Virus record (IMG/VR): IMGVR_UViG_3300028800_000001
Coordinates: 124,001-188,000 of that record
Length of the DNA stretch: 64,000 bases
Reading direction: 5' to 3' (one strand)
Shown in pieces: positions 29,661 through 38,964 of the stretch. The notes under the pieces are model-generated. The model was given only the letters and a program-made list of their open reading frames with translations. It was not told the origin of the DNA and made no database searches. Numbering within the stretch: position 1 is the stretch's first letter; each line of letters opens with the position of its first letter. A program made the translations under genes and the position numbers.

Positions 29661-29690
29661 GCCTCTCTTTTTATAAGAGAGGCCATTTTT
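29661..29690 (+). terminator. putative intrinsic terminator
   Basis: GCCTCTCTT-N5-AAGAGAGGC followed by CATTTTT. Confidence 0.55.
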
Positions 29691-29728
29691 CATAACGAAA
29701 CCTATATTCAACACCTGGAGGAACCAGC

Positions 29729-30046
29729 ATGAAAGCTATCTCACTTGGCGTGCGCCTGCACGAAGAACATCGCGATTGTATCGAGGAAGATCTACAAGAA
29801 CAACTCGATCCCAACTTTCTCTTCTTTGAAAATACCTATGCCCCTGACGAAGAAATAGATCAAGCAGATATTATCAACCAACTCCATGACTACCTGCGGT
29901 GGGGAGATAGCGTTGCCCTCATTTTCCTGGGGCGCTGCTACATCCCTATGCTACTACTCGTGATCAACAATGAACTCTTTAACCTCAACTGCGATGTAAC
30001 CTACACTGCCGTAAAGGAAGCTGTTTCTGAAAATACAGAGAAATAA
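29729..30046 (+). CDS. acidic hypothetical protein
   Basis: GGAGG RBS; 105 aa. Confidence 0.6.
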   Translation: MKAISLGVRLHEEHRDCIEEDLQEQLDPNFLFFENTYAPDEEIDQADIINQLHDYLRWGDSVALIFLGRCYIPMLLLVINNELFNLNCDVTYTAVKEAVSENTEK

Positions 30047-30085
30047 CCCTTGACGTTTCCTCTCGAATGACGTATACTTCCTGTA
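30026..30085 (+). promoter_or_regulatory. repeated strong promoter element, copy 2
   Basis: TCTGAAAATAC-N13-TTGACG-N17-TATACTTCCTGTA. Confidence 0.85.
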
Positions 30086-30122
30086 GAAGAAATAAACGAA
30101 ACATTCAAGGAGAAACAAACAA

Positions 30123-30704
30123 ATGGGCAAACATAGAAATAAAAAGAACAAAAGACAGCAGTATACGCAGGAAAGCATGCAAAAGCTTCTACAACAGGTT
30201 GTGGTGCATAGTAATAAAATCCTTGTGCATGACGCAAAGTGGATTGCGCTTTATAAAACGGCTGGTGGTTTCACCTACGCCGAGCGTCGTGGGCGCGACA
30301 GCGTTGGTATTCTCCTCACCCGTAACAACGGCACCGAAGTGCTCCTGCGTTGTCAGCCACTCTGTGCCGACTACTCTCATTACTACGGCTGTCCGGTGAC
30401 CGGAAGTATCGACCACGACGGCGAAAGCATTGACGCCTGCGCCATCCGCGAAGTGTTAGAGGAGACCGGTTACGTAATCCGCGAAGTGGAGCTCTTAACC
30501 AAATATATCACCGGTACACAGACCAACGAGCAGGTATATCTCTACACCGCTGATGTCACCGGAATCACTCCTGGTAAAGACATGAACGAAGAGATGGGCG
30601 AGGCAGGAGAAAACGTGTGGATACCCCTAGAGATGATGCTGGAATGCCGCTATAGCGGTACACTAATCGGATACACCTTCTTAAAGGCGCGCTGCGCTGC
30701 CTAA
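30123..30704 (+). CDS. Nudix hydrolase
   Basis: Nudix box GSIDHDGESIDACAIREVLEETGY. Confidence 0.88.
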   Translation: MGKHRNKKNKRQQYTQESMQKLLQQVVVHSNKILVHDAKWIALYKTAGGFTYAERRGRDSVGILLTRNNGTEVLLRCQPLCADYSHYYGCPVTGSIDHDGESIDACAIREVLEETGYVIREVELLTKYITGTQTNEQVYLYTADVTGITPGKDMNEEMGEAGENVWIPLEMMLECRYSGTLIGYTFLKARCAA

Positions 30705-30719
30705 GAAGTTCAAACAAAG

Positions 30720-30745
30720 AAGAGACGGTAAAGCGCCGTCTCTTT
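30720..30745 (+). terminator. hairpin between Nudix and kinase genes (possible weak terminator)
   Basis: AAGAGACGG-N7-CCGTCTCTT; short U tract. Confidence 0.4.
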
Positions 30746-30766
30746 CATGCATGTAAGGAGAAAAAT

Positions 30767-32119
30767 ATGATCGCCTGTCCTGGTTGTGCCACAACCGCAC
30801 GCGCAACCGCGAAATATTGTCAAACGTGCGGTGCATCCCTTACCGCCACAGGAAATCTCACCGGTATCCTGGCTGGAAAGTACCTCATCACTGGTGTTCT
30901 TGGACAAGGTGGTATGGGAGCCGTCTACAAAGCGCTGGATAGCACCATCAATCGTGTCGTTGCGATCAAAGAGATGAGCCAGAGCACGCTGGTTGGACTG
31001 GAATATCAAAAAGCGGTCACCGCATTTAAAAATGAAGCGCGCCTACTTGGAAACCTTCGTCATCCAATGCTACCTGCTATCTACGAGAACTTCACGGAAA
31101 ACGGACGTTGGTATCTGGCAATGGAATATATCGAAGGCAAAACGCTTGAAGACGTAATGCACACGCCTGATCTGGCTGCGCTGCTACGTTATGGCCCACA
31201 GCTTTGCGATGTACTCACTTTCTTGCATACTCAAAATATCACCTTTCGCGATATCAAACCAGCCAATATCATGATTACGCCAGAGGACGAAGTACGTCTG
31301 ATCGACTTTGGGATTGCACGCTTCTTTGCGGCCAACACCAAAGATACCAGCGCTCTTGGCTCGCCTGGATATGCGGCCCCTGAGCAGTACAAAAAGGGCT
31401 CTGAACCAAAGAGTGATGTCTATGCACTTGGCGCGCTCTTTCATTTTTTACTCAGTGGCACTGATCCTTCTGATGCCCCATTTCAGTTTGTGTCACTACC
31501 AAAGGTAACACATCCAGCGCTTCTGCGTCTCAATCGCTTAGTGGAAGAAATGATTACGCTGGACAAAGCGAACCGACCTGATAGTTTCGCTGTCCAGGCA
31601 CGATTGATCAGCATTCGCGATGACTATCGCAGCAATCCAATGATTGCCGCACCAAAGGCTGATGCCACCGTGTTTCTCATTTCCTCCATGTTAGACGGCA
31701 AAACCGAGAAGGATAAAATGCTCTTGGAACGTCTTGAGAAATCAATTGTCCTGGTTGGAAAAATGCGTGGCAAAACCATTGCCTGTGAATACATCGCACC
31801 AACAGTGAAAGAAGTAGAACGCATCATGCGCGAGAGCGGCATTATCCTGGTTGTCTGTACTCCGGCAATCCTTACCAACGAATATGCGAGCGAAGCTGTG
31901 AACACAGCCATTGAGTACCGTACCAATCACCGTGATGAAGTACTCGTTGTTCCTATCTATGGAAAACAATGTGAGTGGGGAAAAAACTATCTCTACCTCA
32001 AAAATTATGCAGGTGGCCCAAGGGACCGCAAACCAATTGTACGTTCTAGCGGCTACAGCGACGAAGCGCTCAATGAGATTGGGTTGACCGTCTATCAAGT
32101 CCTAGAGGAGAAATTTTAA
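30767..32119 (+). CDS. Hanks-type Ser/Thr protein kinase with N-terminal zinc ribbon and C-terminal TIR-like domain
   Basis: CPGC...CQTC; GQGGMGAVY, AIKEM, FRDIKPANIM, DFG, GSPGYAAPEQ, SDVYALG; C-terminal flavodoxin-like pattern VFLISS..LERLEK..IILVVCTPAIL..Y..VVPIY (TIR call less certain). Confidence 0.9.
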   Translation: MIACPGCATTARATAKYCQTCGASLTATGNLTGILAGKYLITGVLGQGGMGAVYKALDSTINRVVAIKEMSQSTLVGLEYQKAVTAFKNEARLLGNLRHPMLPAIYENFTENGRWYLAMEYIEGKTLEDVMHTPDLAALLRYGPQLCDVLTFLHTQNITFRDIKPANIMITPEDEVRLIDFGIARFFAANTKDTSALGSPGYAAPEQYKKGSEPKSDVYALGALFHFLLSGTDPSDAPFQFVSLPKVTHPALLRLNRLVEEMITLDKANRPDSFAVQARLISIRDDYRSNPMIAAPKADATVFLISSMLDGKTEKDKMLLERLEKSIVLVGKMRGKTIACEYIAPTVKEVERIMRESGIILVVCTPAILTNEYASEAVNTAIEYRTNHRDEVLVVPIYGKQCEWGKNYLYLKNYAGGPRDRKPIVRSSGYSDEALNEIGLTVYQVLEEKF

Positions 32120-32652
32120 TGAACATTTTTTATACCGCAGATACGCATTTCGGCAGCAAGCGCACACTTGATCTGTCGCGTCGTCCTTTCCAAAGTGTTG
32201 AAGAGATGGATGAGGCCATGATTGCCAACTGGAATGCCCAGGTCAAATCAGGCGATCTCGTCTATCATCTGGGAGACTTTGGTAACTACAATGTGAGCCG
32301 TCGTCTAAATGGCGACATCGCTCTACTCTTTGGCAACTATGAGCGAGATGATCTGGAGAAAGGATTGGTCACGCTCGATACCCTGCGCGAAACGTTTTAC
32401 GCTATCTATAAAGAATTTTGCCTCATGCTTACGCTTGATCTTCAACATATTGCCCTGGTACACGAACCAAGTCATCGTCCACAAGGCATCTTTTCCCTCT
32501 TTGGACATATTCACGAGAAGCAACTGGTAAAAGTGAATAGCCTGAATGTGGGAGTGGACTGTCATCACTTCGCGCCCATCTCACAAGATGTGGTGCGCTT
32601 CTACCGAGAGGCCATCCAGAAACACTATGATGAGGAAGTCTTTCAACGCTAG
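32119..32652 (+). CDS. calcineurin-like metallophosphoesterase
   Basis: ADTHFG, LGDF, GNYE (usually GNHD), HEP, GHIH, NVGVD; TAATG-coupled to the kinase. Confidence 0.88.
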   Translation: MNIFYTADTHFGSKRTLDLSRRPFQSVEEMDEAMIANWNAQVKSGDLVYHLGDFGNYNVSRRLNGDIALLFGNYERDDLEKGLVTLDTLRETFYAIYKEFCLMLTLDLQHIALVHEPSHRPQGIFSLFGHIHEKQLVKVNSLNVGVDCHHFAPISQDVVRFYREAIQKHYDEEVFQR

Positions 32653-33059
32653 ATTCGTTCTTCGCTAAGAAAAACGTAACGCGCCACCAGATGCCTCGTG
32701 AGACCATCAGTATCACGCTGAACGGTCATCGTGTCTCGCTTCCCATAAATGAACACGTATCCTGGCATCGCTGGCAGTGCTGAATTATAATGTAAGAGTT
32801 CGTCCACGCGGTTAAACAACACCTCCATTTCCTCCATCCCCTGCGCCATACTCCAGATATGAATATTGAAGATCGTCAACCGCCCTTTTTCTGAGAAGAC
32901 ATCTTGTGGTGTTTCCATGCCGTCTGAGAGCACCAGGAAGGGGAATGCAGCGTTTTCAGGCACCTCATCATAGACAGCACAACCGTGATCAGCGAAGAAA
33001 GTATCAGCCTCCAGAAACGCATAAATAGCCTCTTGAAGCTGAAGCGTGGCCGTTCCCAC
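32649..33059 (-). CDS. tail terminator/completion protein (DUF3168-like), copy B
   Basis: LQEAIY..L, VYDEVPENAAFPFLVL, IHIWS, RHLVARY. Confidence 0.85.
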   Translation of the reverse strand: MGTATLQLQEAIYAFLEADTFFADHGCAVYDEVPENAAFPFLVLSDGMETPQDVFSEKGRLTIFNIHIWSMAQGMEEMEVLFNRVDELLHYNSALPAMPGYVFIYGKRDTMTVQRDTDGLTRHLVARYVFLSEERI

Positions 33060-33461
33060 CTAGCGCTCCTCAGCAAATACGTCATACTTGATGTCTACTT
33101 TTCTGGTCAGCCCATCACCCATACGTTGCGTCGAAAGCATTTTATACATCGTGTAAACCGTATCGTAGGTAGAGAGGTTAAAGCTATTGCGATTGAGCAG
33201 CACATCTACTCGATCCGCAATAGTGAGCGACTCTTTGAAACCCTTCTGCATAGAATAAATGGAGACCGTAATGGTGGCAATGCGCCCCTTACGTGCAAAG
33301 GTATCCAATGGTGTCTCAGTGGCATCCCCCAGGACAAGATACGGAAACGTCCTGTTTTCTGGCACTTCATCGTACATTCCAGGCACCAGCGCAAGTAGCG
33401 CGGCGTCCGTAGAAAGAACGCCATAAACCGCCTGCTGTATCTGTTGCGTTGCTGTGCCCAA
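33060..33461 (-). CDS. tail terminator/completion protein (DUF3168-like), copy A
   Basis: IQQAVYGVL, YDEVPENRTFPYLVLGD, ITVSIYS. Confidence 0.85.
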   Translation of the reverse strand: MGTATQQIQQAVYGVLSTDAALLALVPGMYDEVPENRTFPYLVLGDATETPLDTFARKGRIATITVSIYSMQKGFKESLTIADRVDVLLNRNSFNLSTYDTVYTMYKMLSTQRMGDGLTRKVDIKYDVFAEER

Positions 33462-33470
33462 AGTGTGCTC

Positions 33471-33839
33471 CTAAAGATCGATTGATTCCATGTCCGAAAA
33501 GAAGCTTGGCTGTACCTCAAAAAAGGCACGCGAGATAAACGGATTGGCTGGTACGAAAGAGCGATGATTGCGTGTGAAGTGACCAAAGTGGACAAAGTTT
33601 TGGTAGGTCGTAGCACCATCAGGAATGCCAGCCGCGCCCACAATCGTGTCTCCTACCTGTGTTGCAGGATCGCTAGTAATTGCTTGTTGCAACCGTCCGG
33701 TTTTGCCAACAGGGCAATAATCAATCGACAATTGTGTGCAAGTGTTGACCGTGTCATCTACGACTTCCATTGCCCCCTGCTGGACTTTGATCAGTTCCGC
33801 GTCGAGCGCCGCAAGAACAGCGTCTAATCCTTCAAGCAT
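33471..33839 (-). CDS. HK97 gp10-like neck protein
   Basis: CPVGKTGRLQQAI, FVHFGHFT, PANPFISRAF. Confidence 0.8.
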   Translation of the reverse strand: MLEGLDAVLAALDAELIKVQQGAMEVVDDTVNTCTQLSIDYCPVGKTGRLQQAITSDPATQVGDTIVGAAGIPDGATTYQNFVHFGHFTRNHRSFVPANPFISRAFFEVQPSFFSDMESIDL

Positions 33840-34192
33840 TAGTGCACCGCCCCTTCTGCTTGCAGTTCTTCACAGTTCATTTTGAGAAATGCGTGTTCCT
33901 GATAAAGATCAATGATGCTATGGATGCGCATGATATGCGAACCAAGCACGATACGCATACCAGGAACGACGCCGGTCTTATAGCGGATTTGTACGGTATA
34001 GGATTCTTTAGGATAGAGCTGTTGCGCAAAATAGGTCTCTGAACCAGAATTGGGCTCCACACTTGCCCATACACGAATAAAGGTAGCCCAGGTGCGTGTC
34101 TCTCCACCCGCACCATCAGGAGCGTCTACCGGTTTTTGTATCGTGATAAATCTGGTCATCTCGCCAGGATTCAAATGCGCTTTATTCGTCAT
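33839..34192 (-). CDS. head closure/head-tail adaptor (SPP1 gp16-like)
   Basis: ITIQKP..DGAGG...W..VWASVEP.SG.E, IRY, MRI. Confidence 0.88.
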   Translation of the reverse strand: MTNKAHLNPGEMTRFITIQKPVDAPDGAGGETRTWATFIRVWASVEPNSGSETYFAQQLYPKESYTVQIRYKTGVVPGMRIVLGSHIMRIHSIIDLYQEHAFLKMNCEELQAEGAVH

Positions 34193-34842
34193 CCGTAATA
34201 CACCCGATACTTCTCAAACTTATCCTGAATGCCAGGAGGCATGCCAGGATTTTTCCCGCCTGTATTTTGATGTGAACCATGCGCGTCATCTTTGCCTTCG
34301 CGGTAGTCATACCAATAGGCAATGAGCTCCAGCATGGCGCGCTTGAGCGTGAAAGGAAACTGTGTAAGCGAATAGCCTGCGTGATAGTTCACCCGAAAAC
34401 GTGGATTATATGGCCCAATCCACAGTGTCCACTGGCTCCCAAGAAAGGAGTACGCAGAAGTCAGCAAATACACGCGACACGGCTGCTGCGAAAGATCGAC
34501 CACATAGTTACTGGAATCGATCACTTGAAAAATACCAGGACTGGTTTCTCCTTCAATGCTTTCGATAGAAGTCACAGGTGGAAGGGGTACTTCAAGCAGG
34601 CTTTGCCGGTAGCCAACACCACCAGAAAGAGGCCCAGAAGGGATGAGTGGTATTTCCAGAACCGCCTGAAGCCCTTGTGGCGCAAACGCACGTCGTGTTT
34701 CTGCCTCACCAAATTCACGCGCTTCACTGATCATGAGGGCAAGGTAGCTGTCATCATCAGAGAAATCCAGGCGAAGATGTTGGCGTACTTCCTGTGTGGT
34801 CAGTGGCTCCTGCGTAATCGGAGTAACGACAGTAACCGTCAT
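34189..34842 (-). CDS. head-tail connector (HK97 gp6-like)
   Basis: EPLT..EVRQHLRLD..DD.YL..I..ARE, Y.AGY, AMLELIAYWYDYRE. Confidence 0.88.
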   Translation of the reverse strand: MTVTVVTPITQEPLTTQEVRQHLRLDFSDDDSYLALMISEAREFGEAETRRAFAPQGLQAVLEIPLIPSGPLSGGVGYRQSLLEVPLPPVTSIESIEGETSPGIFQVIDSSNYVVDLSQQPCRVYLLTSAYSFLGSQWTLWIGPYNPRFRVNYHAGYSLTQFPFTLKRAMLELIAYWYDYREGKDDAHGSHQNTGGKNPGMPPGIQDKFEKYRVYYG

Positions 34843-34846
34843 ACCC

Positions 34847-35152
34847 TTACTCCGCTACTTCGATCTGGTCAGTCATGCCCCGTTTCTGCCTACCGCGCCT
34901 GGGAGTCGCTTCTGGTACATCCCCTTCCGGTACGTCGGACGTGCCGCTCTCGTCACTCTTGAACTCGTTAGGACCAGGGGCGTTGTAACCTGCTTCTTTA
35001 ACTTGTTCCGCCGCGCCTGCGCGAAGAAATGACTCAGCCAATTCAAAGGGGAGCGGATAGCCGCTAACCACATATTCTTCATCTTTTTTATATTCAAGTA
35101 CATGCGTTCCATTTGGTGATCCCTTGGTCGTCTGCAACATACGAATTTTCAT
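34847..35152 (-). CDS. hypothetical head-region protein, paralog B
   Basis: N-terminus MKIRMLQTTKGSPNGTH..EY matches the neighbour's MRIRMLQTTTGSYDGTH..EY. Confidence 0.65.
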   Translation of the reverse strand: MKIRMLQTTKGSPNGTHVLEYKKDEEYVVSGYPLPFELAESFLRAGAAEQVKEAGYNAPGPNEFKSDESGTSDVPEGDVPEATPRRGRQKRGMTDQIEVAE

Positions 35153-35200
35153 GTATTATCCCCATTAGTGGGGAGAGAAAAATCTCTCCCCACCACTGTG

Positions 35201-35686
35201 TTACTTTTTCGGTCTTTCAGGAAAATTAGGTTTTTCCTGAGTATCCGGCTTCCCCATAGAATCCGGTTTTTCTGCGGCATTGGGTTTTGTCGCAGAACCG
35301 GAGTCCCTCATAGAACTAGGCTTGCCTGCATCATCATGTCTGGCTGTAAAATCAGGAGTAGCCGGATTTTCTGCGTTCTCATGTCTGGCTGTAAAATCAG
35401 GACTTTTTGGAGTTGGTTCTCCAGCAGGTTCCTCTTCAACAGAACTTGCATGAAGCGATTGGTGAGGAACAACCTGTCCTTCTCTTGGCTCAGTCTCCTG
35501 TATCTCAACAGCCACATTACTTGCGAGAAATGATGCTGCCAAGTCTTTCGAGATGAGGTCGTGCCCAACGCTGTATTCTTGCCCAATCTCATACTCTTTA
35601 GTGTGTGTTCCGTCATAGGAACCAGTAGTTGTCTGAAGCATTCGAATTCTCATGGTTTTCTCCTCGTATAGTGAGAAGAGAAGCAT
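35201..35686 (-). CDS. hypothetical head-region protein, paralog A
   Basis: same N-terminal module plus a low-complexity tail; likely start MRIRML. Confidence 0.65.
   Translation of the reverse strand: MLLFSLYEEKTMRIRMLQTTTGSYDGTHTKEYEIGQEYSVGHDLISKDLAASFLASNVAVEIQETEPREGQVVPHQSLHASSVEEEPAGEPTPKSPDFTARHENAENPATPDFTARHDDAGKPSSMRDSGSATKPNAAEKPDSMGKPDTQEKPNFPERPKK
35334..35402. repeat. 24-bp direct repeat x2, 45-bp period (PDFTARH)
   Basis: TCATGTCTGGCTGTAAAATCAGGA at 35334 and 35379. Confidence 0.85.
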
Positions 35687-35709
35687 GCGCCCCTCTTCTC
35701 CTCAAACGC

Positions 35710-36183
35710 TTACGGATTTGGAGCAGGTTTGTGCATCGGGTAACCAAGGATCGCCTGGACCCCGTAGACACCGCCAACACCAGAGCCGGAAGTCGTCCAC
35801 ACAAGCGGTACACGCAGATAACGCTTCTGCCCAATGTAGCCAACTTTCACATTCGTGTTTGCTGTCACATTGGCGGGAAACGCCCCTTGCATGTCGCCTG
35901 CGGCAACCGCTGTATAACTACCGGTCGAGTCAGTATCCGCCTCGTAGAGAGTGAGGGCATGAGTGCTGTCGGTTACTGCGCCAACAATCACTTCAAGCAC
36001 CACACCGTGATACCCATACGTGTCAATCGTCGTTGAAGAACCGAGGGTAATTGAGGCTGCATGCGCTGCCACCGGAACGGCAACAGATGCCAATTCTAGA
36101 TTGTGATATAAATCACGCTTTGCCATTTCGACTCCATCCTTGCAGTGGGGTATATGGAGGTTTCTCCATTTCTTCGCCTGCAA
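35710..36183 (-). CDS. probable capsid-associated/decoration protein
   Basis: follows the capsid gene; beta-rich TIDTYGY..V.LEV..GA...KVGYIGQKRYLR; likely start MAKRDLY. Confidence 0.55.
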   Translation of the reverse strand: MQAKKWRNLHIPHCKDGVEMAKRDLYHNLELASVAVPVAAHAASITLGSSTTIDTYGYHGVVLEVIVGAVTDSTHALTLYEADTDSTGSYTAVAAGDMQGAFPANVTANTNVKVGYIGQKRYLRVPLVWTTSGSGVGGVYGVQAILGYPMHKPAPNP

Positions 36184-36200
36184 GCCATAGAAAAATTCAC

Positions 36201-36241
36201 AATAAAAATCCCAGGATACGTTTTAACTTTGTATCCTGGGA
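36201..36241 (-). terminator. intrinsic terminator after capsid/HNH genes
   Basis: TCCCAGGATAC-N11-GTATCCTGGGA followed by TTTTTATT on the minus strand. Confidence 0.65.
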
Positions 36242-36481
36242 AATGAAAATTTAAATAGAGTTGAGTGAACGTGCTACAGCGAAGGCACTACACAGTACAC
36301 GGTACATAGTCAAAATTTGATACAAACACTTGCAATCTACGCATTAAATGCACAAAAGGACGCGTCTATCGCAAATGCTTCTCTCTGCATTATTGCATCA
36401 AAAGTTAACTTACGCTGACTTTATGTTTTAAGAGAAAAGCCAATGAAAGTTTTTTATTTTACTTTCATTGGCTTTTCTTTA

Positions 36482-37198
36482 TCAGGCTGATTTATTTCTG
36501 AGATATTCAAGAAACTCGTCAGCCGTTTTATCGCATTTTGAGAAATTGCAGTATTTGCACGCTGGAACAATATTGCTGATATCATTACTGCCGCCCCTGG
36601 AAAGAGGTTGCATATGATCAACAGTAAACCAGTTTGCTTGCTCACCACAATAATAACAGCACCAGTCAAGCTGATTGCATACTTCCTCAAATTGCTCGTT
36701 CGTCCAGTTACCAGGGGCACCCGCAAGGCGAGCACGATAGGCCACTAAGTTTCTGCGCTTTGTCGCCCGATAAAGCTCAGGCTTGGCCGCGTAACGGGCT
36801 CGTGCCAGCGCATTTTGCTCTTCCCGAAAAGGCGCTTTGTTCAACCGATAGTTTTTGCGACAATGCTCTTTCCACTGCTCAGGATTATCTTCAATCCATT
36901 GCTTGTGGTCAGCCTTGCGCTTCTCCCAATGCTCTTTACGCCATACAGCATTATGCTGCTTATAGTATTCAGGATTTTTAGCGTATGAATCTTTGTTGTT
37001 TTGCTTAATCTTTTCAGGATTCGCTTTGCGATAGTTTTTGGCATAACCAGCTTCCCGTACATGCTCCCGTTTACTTGAGCATGTATCACAAAAGCGTCTG
37101 CGCTTCGCATATGTCTCAACACTGGCTCCGCAAGTTTCACACAAGATAGTATAAAGCTTATTCGATCTTGGCATATTGTTTCCTTTCTGAATATACAA
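36482..37198 (-). CDS. free-standing HNH endonuclease
   Basis: CYYC...DHMQPLSRGGSN..SNIVPACKYCNFSK; N-terminal zinc finger and basic helical repeats. Confidence 0.9.
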   Translation of the reverse strand: MYIQKGNNMPRSNKLYTILCETCGASVETYAKRRRFCDTCSSKREHVREAGYAKNYRKANPEKIKQNNKDSYAKNPEYYKQHNAVWRKEHWEKRKADHKQWIEDNPEQWKEHCRKNYRLNKAPFREEQNALARARYAAKPELYRATKRRNLVAYRARLAGAPGNWTNEQFEEVCNQLDWCCYYCGEQANWFTVDHMQPLSRGGSNDISNIVPACKYCNFSKCDKTADEFLEYLRNKSA

Positions 37199-37307
37199 AG
37201 AATATTTCTATCCTAAGTATACCCTAAAGGTCAATAGATTGGCTCGCGGAGCCACTTTGATAGCTATTTTGATGTATGCATCTTTTGCATGTTATGCATC
37301 AATTATA

Positions 37308-38134
37308 CTATGAAACTGAGATTTTGTGCTTAAGAATCGCCTCCGGCAATACCACTTGACCGCCAACACGTTTGCGTGCGATAAAGCCGATCTGCCCCAG
37401 GTCTGCGTAGCGCTCTGTTAAGCGTGTCATCACCATCTGAACGCGGTCTACGATGACGTAGGCACGTTTGAAATCCCCAAACATGATCGGATAGGCATTG
37501 GCCGCAACAATCGGCATATCCGGTGTTTCCATGTAGGGATGGTCAAGGATCGTATTTGGAATGTCAGAGGCAATTCCAGGTTGCCAGAGATATTGACCGT
37601 ACGAGTCCTTCAGGGTACGGATCGTCCCAAGGGTGGAACGGTTCATAATCCAGGTTGCATTCTTTGCGTACGCGCTTTTGAGCGTATAGGCAGTTGTGAT
37701 CAGGCCATCAGCCGTCAGCGCACTACCGCTGGTACTAGGGACGTAACTGACACTGCTATTGGTAAGCAGCCCTTCTGGTTTGCCGACACCGTTACCGTTG
37801 ACGAAGGCTGCACCTTCGGTGACTGCAAACTGCTCAGCGCATTCCATCTGGATTTGCTGTGCCATATCAAAGTACGCATCTTCCATATCAGCATATGTGA
37901 TCAAGACGAGTGCATACATCTCGTGGCTCATGATCTCTTCTTGACCGTACTTGAGCCCCTGCGTCTCTGCGCGGCTGGCCTGCTCAGCAACCCAGGACGC
38001 GGCAAAGGTCGCGGTACGCGTTGGGAAGAGGATCGATTTGTTTTCGGTCTGTCTCACCGTTACGATATCACGAATAGGAGAATACAGCACGATCTGTTTG
38101 ATGATATCCTGCACAAAGTCAGTTGGGGCTAAGT
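37308..38134 (-). CDS. major capsid protein (HK97 fold), exon 2
   Basis: LAPTDFVQDII..SPIR, ASWVAE, FVNGNGVGKPEG, WIMN, LKDSYGQYLWQP, FGDF, FIARKRVGG. Confidence 0.92.
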
Positions 38135-38964
38135 CGCGCCCCGCCCTACGCTTTCGCGTAGGATCGGACCATATCTTCACAACGTACATACTGAAAACCA
38201 GTATGTTTATAGCTATTTGTTGGCGTGTTTTAGCTCGCATCTTTACGGGCCTCCATCATCGCCCAAATTTCACTATTATGACGTTGCATCTCGCGTGTGG
38301 CCTCTGAGGAGCCTCTACGTGACATAGGACCAACTAGCTCAAAGATAGCCATTTCTTCTTCGGTGTACGGCTTAATACGCCCTGCACCGCGTTTGCCATC
38401 TCCAATGTTTGGATTTCTGATGCCCTGGTTTGAAAGACGCAATTCGCAAAATCGAATGATTAATCGTGCTCGTTCTTTCTTTGATCCGATAAGATAGGGT
38501 TGTATCGCTTTCAAAAGAATAACCGCCTGTGCCATACGTTTTATTGTGACGCGATAGTTATCTTTGACGCCAGTTCTGCCTGTTGCGGCGCGAATGTAGC
38601 CATTGACTCCTAAACGTTTCATAATATCGGCTGTCATCAAAACAATTACCTCTTCTGTGTTGCATACATGAATTTCTGGTCGTATGCTGCGATATTGTCT
38701 ACCTTTTTGATCATCCAGGCGAAGGCCAATATAACCTTCTCCATCAATTATCCCTGCTAGCCATCCTAGTTCTACGGGAGTTACCTGCTGATTGTCCATT
38801 TCATCCATTTGGATTCATCCTTTTCATTGTCACCTAGTTAGTAGAAAAGGCTTTAGGGGTTTCCAGCATATAGCGAGATTTACCGTGAGCACTCGGCTCG
38901 TGTAACCCTTAAAGCACTGCTACAGAATAATTCTGATTGCGTGCGATAAAAGCGGTTACGCCGT
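38135..38964 (-). ncRNA. group I self-splicing intron (830 nt) in the major capsid gene
   Basis: 5' exon ends in U and intron ends in G; P4 UGCUG(38868-64)/CAGCA(38790-86); P3 AUCUCGC/GCGAGAU; P7 GGCCA/UGGUC in UCCUCAGAGGCCA and AAGAUAUGGUCC; P9 CCUACGC-GAAA-GCGUAGG; splicing restores GGY|LAP in frame. Confidence 0.92.
38230..38808 (-). CDS. intron-encoded LAGLIDADG homing endonuclease
   Basis: WLAGIIDGEGYI motif; single-motif (homodimer) size. Confidence 0.92.
   Translation of the reverse strand: MDEMDNQQVTPVELGWLAGIIDGEGYIGLRLDDQKGRQYRSIRPEIHVCNTEEVIVLMTADIMKRLGVNGYIRAATGRTGVKDNYRVTIKRMAQAVILLKAIQPYLIGSKKERARLIIRFCELRLSNQGIRNPNIGDGKRGAGRIKPYTEEEMAIFELVGPMSRRGSSEATREMQRHNSEIWAMMEARKDAS

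Noticed and set aside
36184-36481. tRNA or other structured RNA in the 300-nt gap after the HNH gene
   Set aside because: No cloverleaf or T-loop motif was seen; only a terminator hairpin is supported.
38135-38240. N-terminus MRAKTRQQ... of the 310-aa ORF as the capsid start
   Set aside because: This stretch is intron core (P7 3' strand, P9); capsid homology starts at LAPTDF.
38909-38964. C-terminal GVTAFIARNQNYSVAVL of the 137-aa ORF
   Set aside because: It is read-through into the intron 5' end.
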